Assembly (NCBI GenBank): GCA_002438565.1
Contig: DJPN01000015.1
Span: 14,308-32,685 of the forward strand
From: Alphaproteobacteria bacterium UBA6411
Lineage (GTDB): Bacteria; Pseudomonadota; Alphaproteobacteria; CAAGCB01; CAG-977
Length of the DNA: 18,378 nucleotides
Direction: 5' to 3'
Made by a program: the position numbers and the translations under genes. The stretch's first letter is position 1. Each line of letters starts with the position of its first letter. Below, in pieces: positions 1-8,206 of this stretch. The notes below the pieces were generated by a model that saw nothing but the letters and a program-made list of their open reading frames with translations, did no database searches and was not told the origin of the DNA.

Positions 1-3
1 TTA

Positions 4-78
4 TGGTGGGCGCAGCAGGGATCGAACCTGCGACCCCTACCGTGTGAAGGTAATGCTCTACCGCTGAGCTATGCGCCC
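4..78 (-). tRNA. tRNA-Val (anticodon CAC)
   Basis: The reverse complement reads GGGCGCA-TA-GCTC-AGCGGTA-GAGC-A-TTACC-TTCACAC-GGTAG-GGGTC-GCAGG-TTCGATC-CCTGC-TGCGCCC-ACCA. This is a complete 75-nt cloverleaf with a 7-bp acceptor stem, T-loop TTCGATC, anticodon CAC in a 7-nt loop and an encoded CCA. Confidence 0.92.
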
Positions 79-120
79 AATAGGAGTCGGGTTTTCTTAT
101 AGCCTTTTGCTGTTAGTTCG

Positions 121-867
121 TCAATCATAAAATTTGGCGTTTTTGTTATCGGACGTAACGGGGCGGGATGACAAATCATAAGTTTCCACATAAAAATTCA
201 GCGGATTCTTAAGCTGTTCATCCCTATTCGGATACTTGCGAGGCTCTCCGCCGAAACCTGTCGTCATCAGCACGCGGTATCGTTTTACGGTCGGTTCTTC
301 CTTTTCCGGAGAATGTTCTATCACGTCGAATTCGGCCAACCACAAGCCGGCAAAGACACGCTCAACAAAACGAATTTTAACTTCCGCCGTAACACCGTCC
401 AGCAATCGCGCGTTGTAGATTTTCGTTTCGTTCATAAACTGCCCTAAAATATTGTTTGAAGAAGCCCACCGAATAAAACTTCTCCCTCCCCAACGGGCTT
501 TCATTTCGTCAATATCGGGAACAATCGTGTGCCGCATTGTAATATATTGCTTGATATACTGTTCCATCAGCAATTCATTGGGGTTTCCCCAGACCATTGA
601 CTTTTCAATCGGATCCAGCCGATAGAACCGCTTGTTGATTGACAGTAAATTCGGATCGCTGCGCACCATCGGCGCCAGCAGATAAATCAATAATCCCCAA
701 ATAATCGCACCGCACAGCAATCCCGCCGCCACAAAAGCCATCACCCGCGACGTTTTCAAATAGCGGCGTTCCGGCATGGCATTGACATGAACACGCTCCG
801 GATATGCCCCCAGTTTGTCATTGGTGCTTTCGTCGATTGCCGAAAACAGAAATTTAAAAATATTCAT
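121..867 (-). CDS. VirB8-like type IV secretion component (bitopic inner-membrane protein)
   Basis: 248-aa ORF with a short cytoplasmic N-terminus, a single TM (VMAFVAAGLLCGAIIWGLLIYLL) and a ~180-aa periplasmic domain. LLMEQYIKQYITMRHT resembles the VirB8 helix-1 region. The C-terminal NPLNFYVETYDL resembles the conserved NPLGF-x-V-x-x-Y motif of VirB8. No other T4SS genes are in the window. Confidence 0.5.
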   Translation of the reverse strand: MNIFKFLFSAIDESTNDKLGAYPERVHVNAMPERRYLKTSRVMAFVAAGLLCGAIIWGLLIYLLAPMVRSDPNLLSINKRFYRLDPIEKSMVWGNPNELLMEQYIKQYITMRHTIVPDIDEMKARWGGRSFIRWASSNNILGQFMNETKIYNARLLDGVTAEVKIRFVERVFAGLWLAEFDVIEHSPEKEEPTVKRYRVLMTTGFGGEPRKYPNRDEQLKNPLNFYVETYDLSSRPVTSDNKNAKFYD

Positions 868-961
868 AGAGCCTCTCTATCCCGCAGGATAGCCGATTAT
901 ATTTTAAAAGGCGGTTAATTTTTTAATTTCTTTTTAACGCAAAATATTTTACAAAAGCGTT

Positions 962-1435
962 ATGTTAAAAGTTCAGTATATCAAATCGCACTTGGTGCAG
1001 TTGCTTTCCATCTTGACAGTCGGTTTTCCGTTCGTCGGATATAAAATTCTTATCGGATTGCTGATTCGCAATCTGTACGAAGGGCCGTTCGCCTTATGCG
1101 CCGCCCTGCTGTTTATCCTGTGGGGGTTGATTGACCTTGTGCTGAACACAATTTGCCTGCACGCGATAACCTGCCGCGGAAACACACACTATCCGTCCTG
1201 CCTGCTGGCTTTGATTTTCCGGAAATGCAAACGCTTGGGATATTGGGAGGATCTGGGCGAAGCGCTGGACGTCATGCTGTCGTTCGTGTTGGTCGCCTAT
1301 TACGTCGGCGGCGCGATGTACGGCTATCTGGACGGATCGCAGGTTAAAGTTTGGAACATCTGCACGGTTTTCAACGTATTGGGCGCGGGCATTGCGCGCA
1401 TCAATTCGTCGTTTACAAGTAACCGCAATCCTTGA
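962..1435 (+). CDS. hypothetical multi-pass membrane protein
   Basis: 157-aa ORF with about four hydrophobic segments and an AT-rich upstream region. Its 3' end overlaps the convergent radC 3' end by 23 nt. No family recognised. Confidence 0.5.
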   Translation: MLKVQYIKSHLVQLLSILTVGFPFVGYKILIGLLIRNLYEGPFALCAALLFILWGLIDLVLNTICLHAITCRGNTHYPSCLLALIFRKCKRLGYWEDLGEALDVMLSFVLVAYYVGGAMYGYLDGSQVKVWNICTVFNVLGAGIARINSSFTSNRNP

Positions 1436-2111
1436 ACGACATAAAGCCCGTTTTCGATACAATCAAATGATCCACCAAAGTCACGTTCAGCGGTTTTAAA
1501 GCATCGCGCAAAGTTTGCGTCATGGCAATGTCGGCCTTGGACGGACGCAAATCCCCCGCGGGATGGTTATGAACGATAATAATCGACATCGCCCCCAATT
1601 CCATAGAGCGGCGCGCGACTTCGCGGGGATAGACAACGGTTTGGTTAATGGTTCCCGTTTGCATGATTTCGTCTTTGATCAACCGGCATTGCGAATCCAA
1701 AAACAACACGCGCAGCGCTTCGATTTTCTTTTGACTCATTGAAGCGCGGCAATAGGCGACCAAAGAATTCCAGCTGTTGATGACGGGCGCGTCCACGATT
1801 TGGCTTTTCAGCATGCGAATCGACGCTTCGCGAACCAGAGCGAATAAAGCGACCGTCGCCTCTTTGACTCCGCTGATACGCGTCAACTCTTCGGGCTTCG
1901 CGTTCAAAGCCGCGGAAAGGCCGCCGAACGTCTGCAAAATTTCCTTGGCCAAAGGCTTGACGTCGCGGCGCGGAATCGCCGCCGTCAGCAATGCCTCCAG
2001 CAATTCGTAATCCTGCAGGGTTTCCGCGCCGAACTGTACGATTTTTTGGCGCAGACGCTCCCGATGCCCCAAATAGTGGGCTTCGGGCGCGGAATCGTTT
2101 GCATCAGCCAT
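1413..2111 (-). CDS. radC: RadC-family JAB/MPN domain protein
   Basis: 232 aa. The N-terminal helix-hairpin-helix-like region (YELLEALL...) and the C-terminal JAMM motif (IIVHNHPAGDLRPSKADIAMT) are typical of RadC/UPF0758. The start overlaps the map stop by 8 nt. Confidence 0.9.
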   Translation of the reverse strand: MADANDSAPEAHYLGHRERLRQKIVQFGAETLQDYELLEALLTAAIPRRDVKPLAKEILQTFGGLSAALNAKPEELTRISGVKEATVALFALVREASIRMLKSQIVDAPVINSWNSLVAYCRASMSQKKIEALRVLFLDSQCRLIKDEIMQTGTINQTVVYPREVARRSMELGAMSIIIVHNHPAGDLRPSKADIAMTQTLRDALKPLNVTLVDHLIVSKTGFMSFKDCGYL

Positions 2112-2910
2112 TTGCGGGCTCGATTTTGTAGGGAGGGCAATCCATTTTCTTGGGCGAGTAAGTGAAAATCTCGTATCCGTCCTTGGTTACCGCCAAAGAA
2201 TGTTCAAATTGAGCGGACAGCGACATATCGCGCGTAACGGCCGTCCACCCGTCGGACAGGATTTTCAAATCGTCCCCGCCCAAATTCACCATCGGTTCAA
2301 TGGTGAAAAACATGCCTTCTTTCAGCACCAGTCCTTCATGCGGCCGCCCGTAGTTCAAAACGTTCGGCTCGGTGTGGAAAACGCGCCCCAAACCGTGCCC
2401 GCAAAAATCCTTGACGACGGAACAGCGGTTCTTTTCCGCGTACGCCTGCATGGCGTGTCCGACATCCCCCAGAGTCGCGCCGGGCCGAACCTGTTCAATG
2501 CCGCGCCACATCGTTTCAAACGTAATATCGATTAACCGTTTGGCTTTCAAAGGAATTTTGCCGACGGTGTACATACGGCTGGTATCGCCGTACCACCCGT
2601 CCAAAATAACCGTTACGTCAATGTTTAAAATATCGCCGTTGACCAGTTTTCTGTCGCCGGGGATGCCATGGCAGATGACGTGGTTTAAAGAAATGCACAC
2701 GGATTTCGGATAGCCGCGGTATCCCAAACACGCCGACACGCCGCCGCGGGCGTTGATGAAGTCGTCGCACAGCTTGTCCAATTCGCCCGTAGTGATTCCC
2801 GCCTGCACATAGGGCGCAATCATATCCAGCGTTTCCGCGGCCAACCTGCCTGCGCGGCGCATTCCTTCGTAATCTTCGGGACCGTGAATGATAATGTCTT
2901 TTTTCGTCAT
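2104..2910 (-). CDS. map: type I methionine aminopeptidase
   Basis: Metal-ligand context typical of MetAP-I (NHVICHGIP, GDILNIDVT, GWYGDTSRMY, FCGHGLG, FTIEPM, AQFEHS). I moved the start to ATG 2910 (MTKKDIIIHGP) because the 18-codon ORF-track extension has no homology-like sequence. Confidence 0.95.
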   Translation of the reverse strand: MTKKDIIIHGPEDYEGMRRAGRLAAETLDMIAPYVQAGITTGELDKLCDDFINARGGVSACLGYRGYPKSVCISLNHVICHGIPGDRKLVNGDILNIDVTVILDGWYGDTSRMYTVGKIPLKAKRLIDITFETMWRGIEQVRPGATLGDVGHAMQAYAEKNRCSVVKDFCGHGLGRVFHTEPNVLNYGRPHEGLVLKEGMFFTIEPMVNLGGDDLKILSDGWTAVTRDMSLSAQFEHSLAVTKDGYEIFTYSPKKMDCPPYKIEPANG

Positions 2911-2923
2911 ACTTTTCACACTT

Positions 2924-3619
2924 TCAAAAACTAAACGGCAATCGTGCGGCAATCCGAACTTCATGCTCGGATACAGTACAGCCGCAACAAATAATTTCCA
3001 AGCCTTTATCGCACAAATTTTTCAAAGCGGCCACATAGTCCCCGTCCGCAATCCAGTCGGCTCTGACCCCCAAGCAGTCGATTCGCTGGGCAATCAGCAG
3101 CAAAACGGCGCGGCATCCACGTTCCAGCACGGCTTCAAGCCCGTTCAGCACATGACGGTTCGCGATATAAACGGCGTCGGGGTACAGTAAATCAACCCCG
3201 ATTTTGACGTATACGGGGGCAATCGCCGCAAAACATTCGGGATAGCGGGAATCAGCGGGAATCATCCGCAAATCCAGCGCCGTGTCATCCGCCGCGGGCT
3301 GAACGTCGGCATATCCCGACAATTCGTACAAAACACCGCTGTTGACCGCTTCCAGCACCAAAGCCGTATGAATGTCCAAATCGATTCCGACCAAAGCCCC
3401 GCCCGTCCGAACCAGTTCCCAGCGATAGCACAGCCGCTTGTCGCGCGCGCCGTCAAAAGCCAGCCAAATTTCGGATTGAGGCGCGTCCAGTCCTTTCAGC
3501 CGCGTATCGTTCGGGCAATACGCGGTTACGATTTGCCCGTTTTCCAAACAAGCGTCAGCCAAAACGTTTACCGTCCTGCTTATCAAAGCCGCCTTGTATA
3601 AAGGAGAGATGAAATTCAT
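2924..3619 (-). CDS. sfsA: SfsA-family DNA-binding / sugar fermentation stimulation protein
   Basis: About 231 aa from ATG 3619 (MNFISPLYKAALISR...). The layout matches SfsA: an N-terminal OB-like part (ADACLENGQIVTAYCPN), WELV...VGIDL, then a C-terminal nuclease-like part (YPDAVYIANRHVLNGL). The upstream 63 codons of the ORF-track call were dropped. Confidence 0.8.
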   Translation of the reverse strand: MNFISPLYKAALISRTVNVLADACLENGQIVTAYCPNDTRLKGLDAPQSEIWLAFDGARDKRLCYRWELVRTGGALVGIDLDIHTALVLEAVNSGVLYELSGYADVQPAADDTALDLRMIPADSRYPECFAAIAPVYVKIGVDLLYPDAVYIANRHVLNGLEAVLERGCRAVLLLIAQRIDCLGVRADWIADGDYVAALKNLCDKGLEIICCGCTVSEHEVRIAARLPFSF

Positions 3620-3710
3620 TTGCCCGTCCGTCTTTTTAGCGCGTTTTCTTTTTCCTAAAAACGTGATATCATTTTGCTTCAGTTTAAAAGAACCCGCCGC
3701 AAAGGTCAAA

Positions 3711-4424
3711 ATGATTAAGAAACTCGCCGCCGTCTTTTTTTGCATTGTATTCGCCCTGCCCGTTCGCGCGCAAACGGATGACACGCCGCTGCCCGAAGCC
3801 GAATACAAGCTTTCAATCCCTCATTCCGAACGCACCAAAGCCAATCTTGCCGATTCATTGCTGGATTTCCTGCTGACGAAAGCTTTTTCCCGATTGAAAG
3901 ACATTTCCGTTTCTTACGATTTTTTTGAACTGCAGCCGCAAGGCGTCCTGCATTTCACGAACTTTTCGATACAAATGAACCGCGCTTCGGCACAGGGCGA
4001 TGTCAAGTTCGCCTCTTTCACCGTCGACGCAAAGGAACTGTTATCGTTTCTGAACACGCGCGCCGTCGCTTTGGGAAAAATCGAAACGCGGGGCGTTTCA
4101 GCCGATTTGCGTGTCGGAAGCGGCAAAACAGCCGTTCAATTCGGCGCGGATTCCGTCGCTTTGACCCAAGTGCGCCTGATGTCGCTGAGCGAAGACAGCA
4201 AAAACGAAGCGATAACCGTCGAATCCGCCGTCCTGTCAAGCGTTCGCTATGTTTCAAAGTCCAAATGTCACTTCGCCCGAAATATCGCGGCGACGAACAT
4301 TCAAATCCGCGTCGAACCGCCAAAAGGCGTTTTCTTTGACTCCGCCGTCGTCGATTCCAAAACCTATGCGACCGTCGGCGAAATCGGAATCGCCACCGAA
4401 AAGGCTTGCGGAAAACGGCGTTAA
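3711..4424 (+). CDS. secreted hypothetical protein (Sec signal peptide)
   Basis: ATG 3711 gives MIKKLAAVFFCIVFALPVRA|Q, a classical signal peptide. The remainder has ordinary composition and no recognised family. Confidence 0.6.
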   Translation: MIKKLAAVFFCIVFALPVRAQTDDTPLPEAEYKLSIPHSERTKANLADSLLDFLLTKAFSRLKDISVSYDFFELQPQGVLHFTNFSIQMNRASAQGDVKFASFTVDAKELLSFLNTRAVALGKIETRGVSADLRVGSGKTAVQFGADSVALTQVRLMSLSEDSKNEAITVESAVLSSVRYVSKSKCHFARNIAATNIQIRVEPPKGVFFDSAVVDSKTYATVGEIGIATEKACGKRR

Positions 4425-4462
4425 AGGCTAATAAGGAATCAATTTCCAAAAAAGAGGATGAA

Positions 4463-5371
4463 ATGGATAACAACAACCGAATTTCTCTGACGTCAGGCGC
4501 TTTTCGCGCCGTCGTTTCCCCGTCAACGGGCGGCTCTTTGCTGGCGTGGCAAAAAACGCAGGCCGACAGCGAAACCGTCGATTTGATGCGCACCGCCCTG
4601 CCCGAAGCCGTTGAAGAGCGCGCCGCCGACAAAACCGCAATGTTTCCGCTGGTGCCGTATTCCAACCGTATCCGCGGGGGATACTTTATTTATTGGGGCA
4701 TCCGGCGCACCGTTCCGAAAAACCATCCCGTCGTTCCCGATCCTTTGCACGGCGAAGGCTGGCAAACGGCGTGGGATGTCGTTGACGCGGCCGAAAATTC
4801 GGCAACGCTTGCTTTCGACCACAACGGAAAAAGCGGCTTTCCGTTCGCTTACCGCGCCGAAGAATCGTTCAAGCTGCAGGACAATCAGCTGATTGTAACG
4901 CTGAAGCTGACCAACAAAGGCGGCATCCCGATGCCGTGCGGTCTGGGCGTGCATCCTTTCTTTCCGAAAGACGACGACACAATCGTGCGCTTTAAAAATA
5001 AAACCGTGTGGGCGCACGAAGCCGCCCCCGCGCGCGAAAAACCGATTAAAGCCCCGCCCGAATGGCAGTTTGAAAAAGGGCTGAAAATTTCCGATTTGGA
5101 ATTGGACACCTGTTTCGGCGGTTTTGACGGCAAAGCGGAAATCGTTTGGGAATCGCGCAAACGCAAAATTGACATCACGGCGTACAGCGATTTCGGACAT
5201 GTCGTGGTATGGTCTCCCGCCGGCGAAAACTTTTTCTGCGTCGAACCCGTAACCAACGCGAACGACGCGTTCAATCTGGCTTCGCGCGGCGTGGCGGGAA
5301 CGGGCATCAAAACGCTTGCTCCGTCGGAAAGCCTGCGCGAAACGATTACTTTCACGGCCAGCGAATTGTAA
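4463..5371 (+). CDS. aldose 1-epimerase family protein
   Basis: ATG 4463 is preceded by AAGAGGA. The motifs PLVPYSNRI, HGEGW, GLGVHPFF and FCVEPVTNANDAFN match the mutarotase-fold aldose 1-epimerase family. Confidence 0.8.
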   Translation: MDNNNRISLTSGAFRAVVSPSTGGSLLAWQKTQADSETVDLMRTALPEAVEERAADKTAMFPLVPYSNRIRGGYFIYWGIRRTVPKNHPVVPDPLHGEGWQTAWDVVDAAENSATLAFDHNGKSGFPFAYRAEESFKLQDNQLIVTLKLTNKGGIPMPCGLGVHPFFPKDDDTIVRFKNKTVWAHEAAPAREKPIKAPPEWQFEKGLKISDLELDTCFGGFDGKAEIVWESRKRKIDITAYSDFGHVVVWSPAGENFFCVEPVTNANDAFNLASRGVAGTGIKTLAPSESLRETITFTASEL

Positions 5372-5381
5372 GGAGTCATCC

Positions 5382-6803
5382 ATGAAGCAAATGCACTTTA
5401 CCAAAATTGTTTCCACTTTGGGTCCCGCGTCCGGTTCGCCCGAAATCATCAAAGCTTTGGCCAAAGCCGGCGTCAACGTGTTCCGGTTGAACTTTTCGCA
5501 CGGCTCGCACGAAACACACCGCCAAAACGTCGCCTACATCCGTCAAGCCGAAAAGGAAATCGGCCGCCCGCTGGCGATTTTGTGCGACATGCAGGGACCT
5601 AAACTGCGTATCGGCGTTTTCAAAGACGACTACATCGAATTGCATATCGGCGACAAGTTCCGTTTGGACATGTCCCCCGAACCCGGCGACAAAACCCGCG
5701 TCTGCCTGCCTCATCCCGAGATTTTCCAAGCCATGACGAACGGCATGGATTTGCTGCTGAACGACGGACTGGTGCATTTGCGCGTTGACGCCTTCGGCAA
5801 AGATTTCGCCGATACGACCGTTATCAGCGGCGGCCGCCTGTCCAACAAAAAAGGCGTCAACGTCCCCGGCGTTCCTCTGCCGATTGACGCGCTGACGGAA
5901 AAGGACAAAAGCGATTTGCAGGCGGCTTTGGACATGGGGGCGGACATGATCGGCCTGTCTTTTGTTCAGCGCCCCGAAGATTTGCTGCTGGCGCGTTCTT
6001 TAATCAACGGGCGCGCGTGGATTGTTTCCAAAATCGAAAAACCCGCGGCGTTGGAACATTTGGATGAAATCATCCGCTTGTCCGACGGCATCATGGTTGC
6101 GCGCGGCGATTTGGGCGTGGAAGTCCCGCCCGAAAAAGTCCCCGTTTTGCAAAAGAAAATCATCCGCGCCTGCCGCAAAGGCGGAAAACCCGTTATCGTC
6201 GCGACGCAGATGCTGGAATCCATGGTTGCAAACCCGACTCCGACCCGCGCGGAAGCGTCCGACGTCGCAACAGCCGTTTTCGACGCCGCCGACGCGGTCA
6301 TGCTGTCCGCCGAAACGGCGGCGGGGGCGTATCCCGTCGAAGCGGTCACCATTATGAATAAAATCATCATGGAAACCGAATCGCACGATTTGTACCGTCA
6401 ATATCTGGACGCGGCGCGGCTGAAGCCCGAACACACGCCCGAACACGCGATTACGGCGTCCGCCCGCGTCATGGCGGAAACGATGGAAGACGCCGCGGCG
6501 ATTGTGTCCTACACCATCAGCGGCGCGACGGCGGGGCGTGTATCGCGCGAACGGCCGTACATTCCCGTCATGTGCTTGACGCCCGACGAATCGGTCGCCC
6601 GTAAAATGAGCCTGTTCTGGGGCATCGAAAGCGTTACTTGCGAACCGCAGGATCTGCTGGTCGACGTTGCGCGCATCGCCGCCTGCAACTGCCGCAAAGT
6701 CTTTAATGCGAAAGTCGGCGACAAAATCATCATCACGGCGGGACTGCCGTTTAACATCACGGGCAACACGAACCTGTTGCACGTTTACACAATCGCCGAA
6801 TAA
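5382..6803 (+). CDS. pyk: pyruvate kinase
   Basis: ATG 5382 is preceded by AGGAG. Motifs TKIVSTLGPAS, NVFRLNFSHG, MQGPKLRIG, KIEKPAA, MVARGDLGVE, VIVATQMLESM and AVMLSAETA are diagnostic of pyruvate kinase. Confidence 0.96.
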   Translation: MKQMHFTKIVSTLGPASGSPEIIKALAKAGVNVFRLNFSHGSHETHRQNVAYIRQAEKEIGRPLAILCDMQGPKLRIGVFKDDYIELHIGDKFRLDMSPEPGDKTRVCLPHPEIFQAMTNGMDLLLNDGLVHLRVDAFGKDFADTTVISGGRLSNKKGVNVPGVPLPIDALTEKDKSDLQAALDMGADMIGLSFVQRPEDLLLARSLINGRAWIVSKIEKPAALEHLDEIIRLSDGIMVARGDLGVEVPPEKVPVLQKKIIRACRKGGKPVIVATQMLESMVANPTPTRAEASDVATAVFDAADAVMLSAETAAGAYPVEAVTIMNKIIMETESHDLYRQYLDAARLKPEHTPEHAITASARVMAETMEDAAAIVSYTISGATAGRVSRERPYIPVMCLTPDESVARKMSLFWGIESVTCEPQDLLVDVARIAACNCRKVFNAKVGDKIIITAGLPFNITGNTNLLHVYTIAE

Positions 6804-6819
6804 TCAAACAGATTATGAA

Positions 6820-6847
6820 AAAGCCCGCCGTTTGGCGGGCTTTTGTT
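6820..6847. terminator. bidirectional intrinsic terminator between convergent pyk and the lipoprotein gene
   Basis: AAGCCCGCC-GTTT-GGCGGGCTT is a perfect 9-bp GC-rich stem, flanked by an A-run upstream and TTTTGTTT downstream. Confidence 0.8.
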
Positions 6848-7636
6848 TCAGCCGTTTCTTAAAACAATGAATTCCAATTTTTCTTTGTCCGCGCGAATGA
6901 TGCGGATTTGCGCCCCGACCAAAGAAATAAAGGTCGCGTCCTTTGGAAAAGCAAGAGATTCAAAGCTTCCCTGCTCGCCGTTTGTACCGGGGACGGATTT
7001 TTTGTAAAAAAACGTGACTTGGTTGTTTTTGATGCCGTCGTACAGCACTTCATAGTCCATGAACGGACGGGAGTTTTCATAACTTGTCGCAATCCGTTTC
7101 AATCGCGGTGTTGACGGAACAAGCTTGCCCTTTTCACGGAAAACGGAAACTTTTTCCGAATCGCGGATTTGGTGCAGGAAACGCTGTTGAATCACGCCCG
7201 ACATATCCGCCAGCAAATAGATATTGCCCTGCGGCGGCAAAACGAAATACGATTCGCCGTCCAATTCAAACATTCCGAAAATCGGATATTCGCGGGCGGG
7301 CATTTTGATATGTTCGAACGCCGTTTGAAAATCTACGGGTTCCTCCAACATCATTTTGCTTTTGATATAATTCTGTTTTGTAAAGGCTTGGATTCGCAAA
7401 ACAGGTTCGCCGACATGGGCGATCATGCGCTTGTTAAGGATATAGTTGCGCTGATACACGGTTTCCGTGCCGTTAAAGATTGTTTCGGGCGGCGGCGGCA
7501 TAATCGTATAAGAACGCGCGGGCGCGGAATCGAACAGTTTGTCGTTTGACGCGTCGTTGAACCACGAATCCGGTATCAAAACGCACGCGGACAGCGCCAA
7601 AGGCATAACGGCAAGGGCGAAAACAGACTTAATCAT
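6848..7636 (-). CDS. hypothetical lipoprotein
   Basis: ATG 7636 gives MIKSVFALAVMPLALSAC, a signal peptide with an L-S-A-C lipobox. About 262 aa, no recognised family. The ORF-track N-terminal extension runs antisense through the rpmJ start and promoter region and was dropped. Confidence 0.65.
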   Translation of the reverse strand: MIKSVFALAVMPLALSACVLIPDSWFNDASNDKLFDSAPARSYTIMPPPPETIFNGTETVYQRNYILNKRMIAHVGEPVLRIQAFTKQNYIKSKMMLEEPVDFQTAFEHIKMPAREYPIFGMFELDGESYFVLPPQGNIYLLADMSGVIQQRFLHQIRDSEKVSVFREKGKLVPSTPRLKRIATSYENSRPFMDYEVLYDGIKNNQVTFFYKKSVPGTNGEQGSFESLAFPKDATFISLVGAQIRIIRADKEKLEFIVLRNG

Positions 7637-7678
7637 AAAAAAACTCCTTTTGCGGCGACAAGAATCGCCTTTTATGGA

Positions 7679-7707
7679 TTGACAATACCCGACATTCTTT
7701 GTATTGT
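7679..7707 (+). promoter_or_regulatory. putative sigma70 promoter of rpmJ
   Basis: TTGACA (7679-7684), a 17-nt spacer, then TATTGT (7702-7707), about 45 nt upstream of the rpmJ ATG. A perfect 8-bp inverted repeat GACAATAC/GTATTGTC (7681-7688 / 7701-7708) spans the two boxes. Confidence 0.45.
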
Positions 7708-7751
7708 CATCTAACTTCTTTAGAAGAACGTTAAGTTTTAAGGATTGTGCT

Positions 7752-7877
7752 ATGAAAGTTCGTAATTCCCTGAAGTCCGCCAAGCTGCGCGACAAAGATT
7801 GCAAAATCGTCCGCAGAAAAGGACGCGTTTACATCATCAACAAAAAGAACCCGCGCATGAAGGCTCGTCAGGGCTGA
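7752..7877 (+). CDS. rpmJ: 50S ribosomal protein L36 (Cys-poor, non-zinc-ribbon form)
   Basis: This ORF is below the ORF-track size cutoff. It translates to [41 protein letters not shown] (41 aa), matching the MKVRxSLK...RRKGRVYVINKxNPRxKARQG L36 pattern common in Alphaproteobacteria. Confidence 0.9.
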   Translation: MKVRNSLKSAKLRDKDCKIVRRKGRVYIINKKNPRMKARQG

Positions 7878-7904
7878 TACCGCGGACTTCGTTTTGAAGA
7901 ATTA

Positions 7905-7936
7905 AAAAGCTCGCTTTGATTAAGCGGGCTTTTTAG
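7905..7936 (+). terminator. intrinsic terminator after rpmJ
   Basis: AAAAAGCTCGC-TTTGATTAA-GCGGGCTTTTT forms a 7-bp stem (one G-U pair) followed by a T-run. Confidence 0.65.
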
Positions 7937-7965
7937 TTATGTCCGCCCTTTTGCAAACAGCCGGC

Positions 7966-8046
7966 CGCAATGACGGATCTTCCCATTTTCGTCATAACGA
8001 GGAAGGCTTTAGCCCGACGCGGTTATCCGTTTGCAGAGCGCCGATA
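7966..8046. repeat. REP/MITE-like intergenic repeat, copy 1
   Basis: CGCAATGACGGATCTTCCCATTTTCGTCATAACGAGGAAGGCTTTAGCCCGACG...TTTGCAGAGCGCCGATA. It is near-identical over the first ~54 nt to copy 2, which lies 121 bp downstream. It contains short internal hairpins (ATGAC/GTCAT, GGGC-TTTA-GCCC). Confidence 0.8.
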
Positions 8047-8086
8047 CAAACGCGGAGGCAGTGGATTGCGTTGTCGCTTCGCTCCG

Positions 8087-8168
8087 CGCAATGACGGATC
8101 TTCCCATTTTTGTCATAACGAGGAGGGCTTTAGCCCGACGAAGTGATCCATTTGCAGAATGCCGAATA
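8087..8168. repeat. REP/MITE-like intergenic repeat, copy 2 (abuts the prophage/IS110 end)
   Basis: Same unit as 7966-8046, with 2 mismatches in the first 54 nt and more divergence in the last ~27 nt. After GCCGA(A)TA, copy 1 continues CAAACGCGGAGG whereas copy 2 continues ACAGGTACGGGG. The homology therefore breaks at ~8168-8171. Confidence 0.8.
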
Positions 8169-8206
8169 ACAGGTACGGGGTTGACTGAGTCAATAGATCA
8201 ACCCAC

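Noticed and set aside
2911-2964. N-terminal extensions in the ORF track (map to 2964, sfsA to 3808, lipoprotein to 7804, transposase to 9178, pyk from 5316, epimerase from 4406, secreted protein from 3594)
   Set aside because: Internal ATGs with an RBS and family-typical N-termini or signal peptides give better starts. The extensions overlap neighbouring genes or promoters.
4018-6782. Long minus-strand ORFs (4018-4665, 4523-5476, 4885-5379, 5376-5777, 5966-6370, 6000-6782) opposite the aldose epimerase and pyruvate kinase genes
   Set aside because: They are antisense shadows of genes with clear family motifs. Their composition is Arg/Gly/Phe-biased and no motifs are recognisable.
7966-8168. 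Possible CRISPR array
   Set aside because: There are only two copies of an ~81-nt unit whose 3' portion diverges, the spacing is 121 bp, and no cas genes are present. A dispersed REP/MITE-like repeat explains it better.
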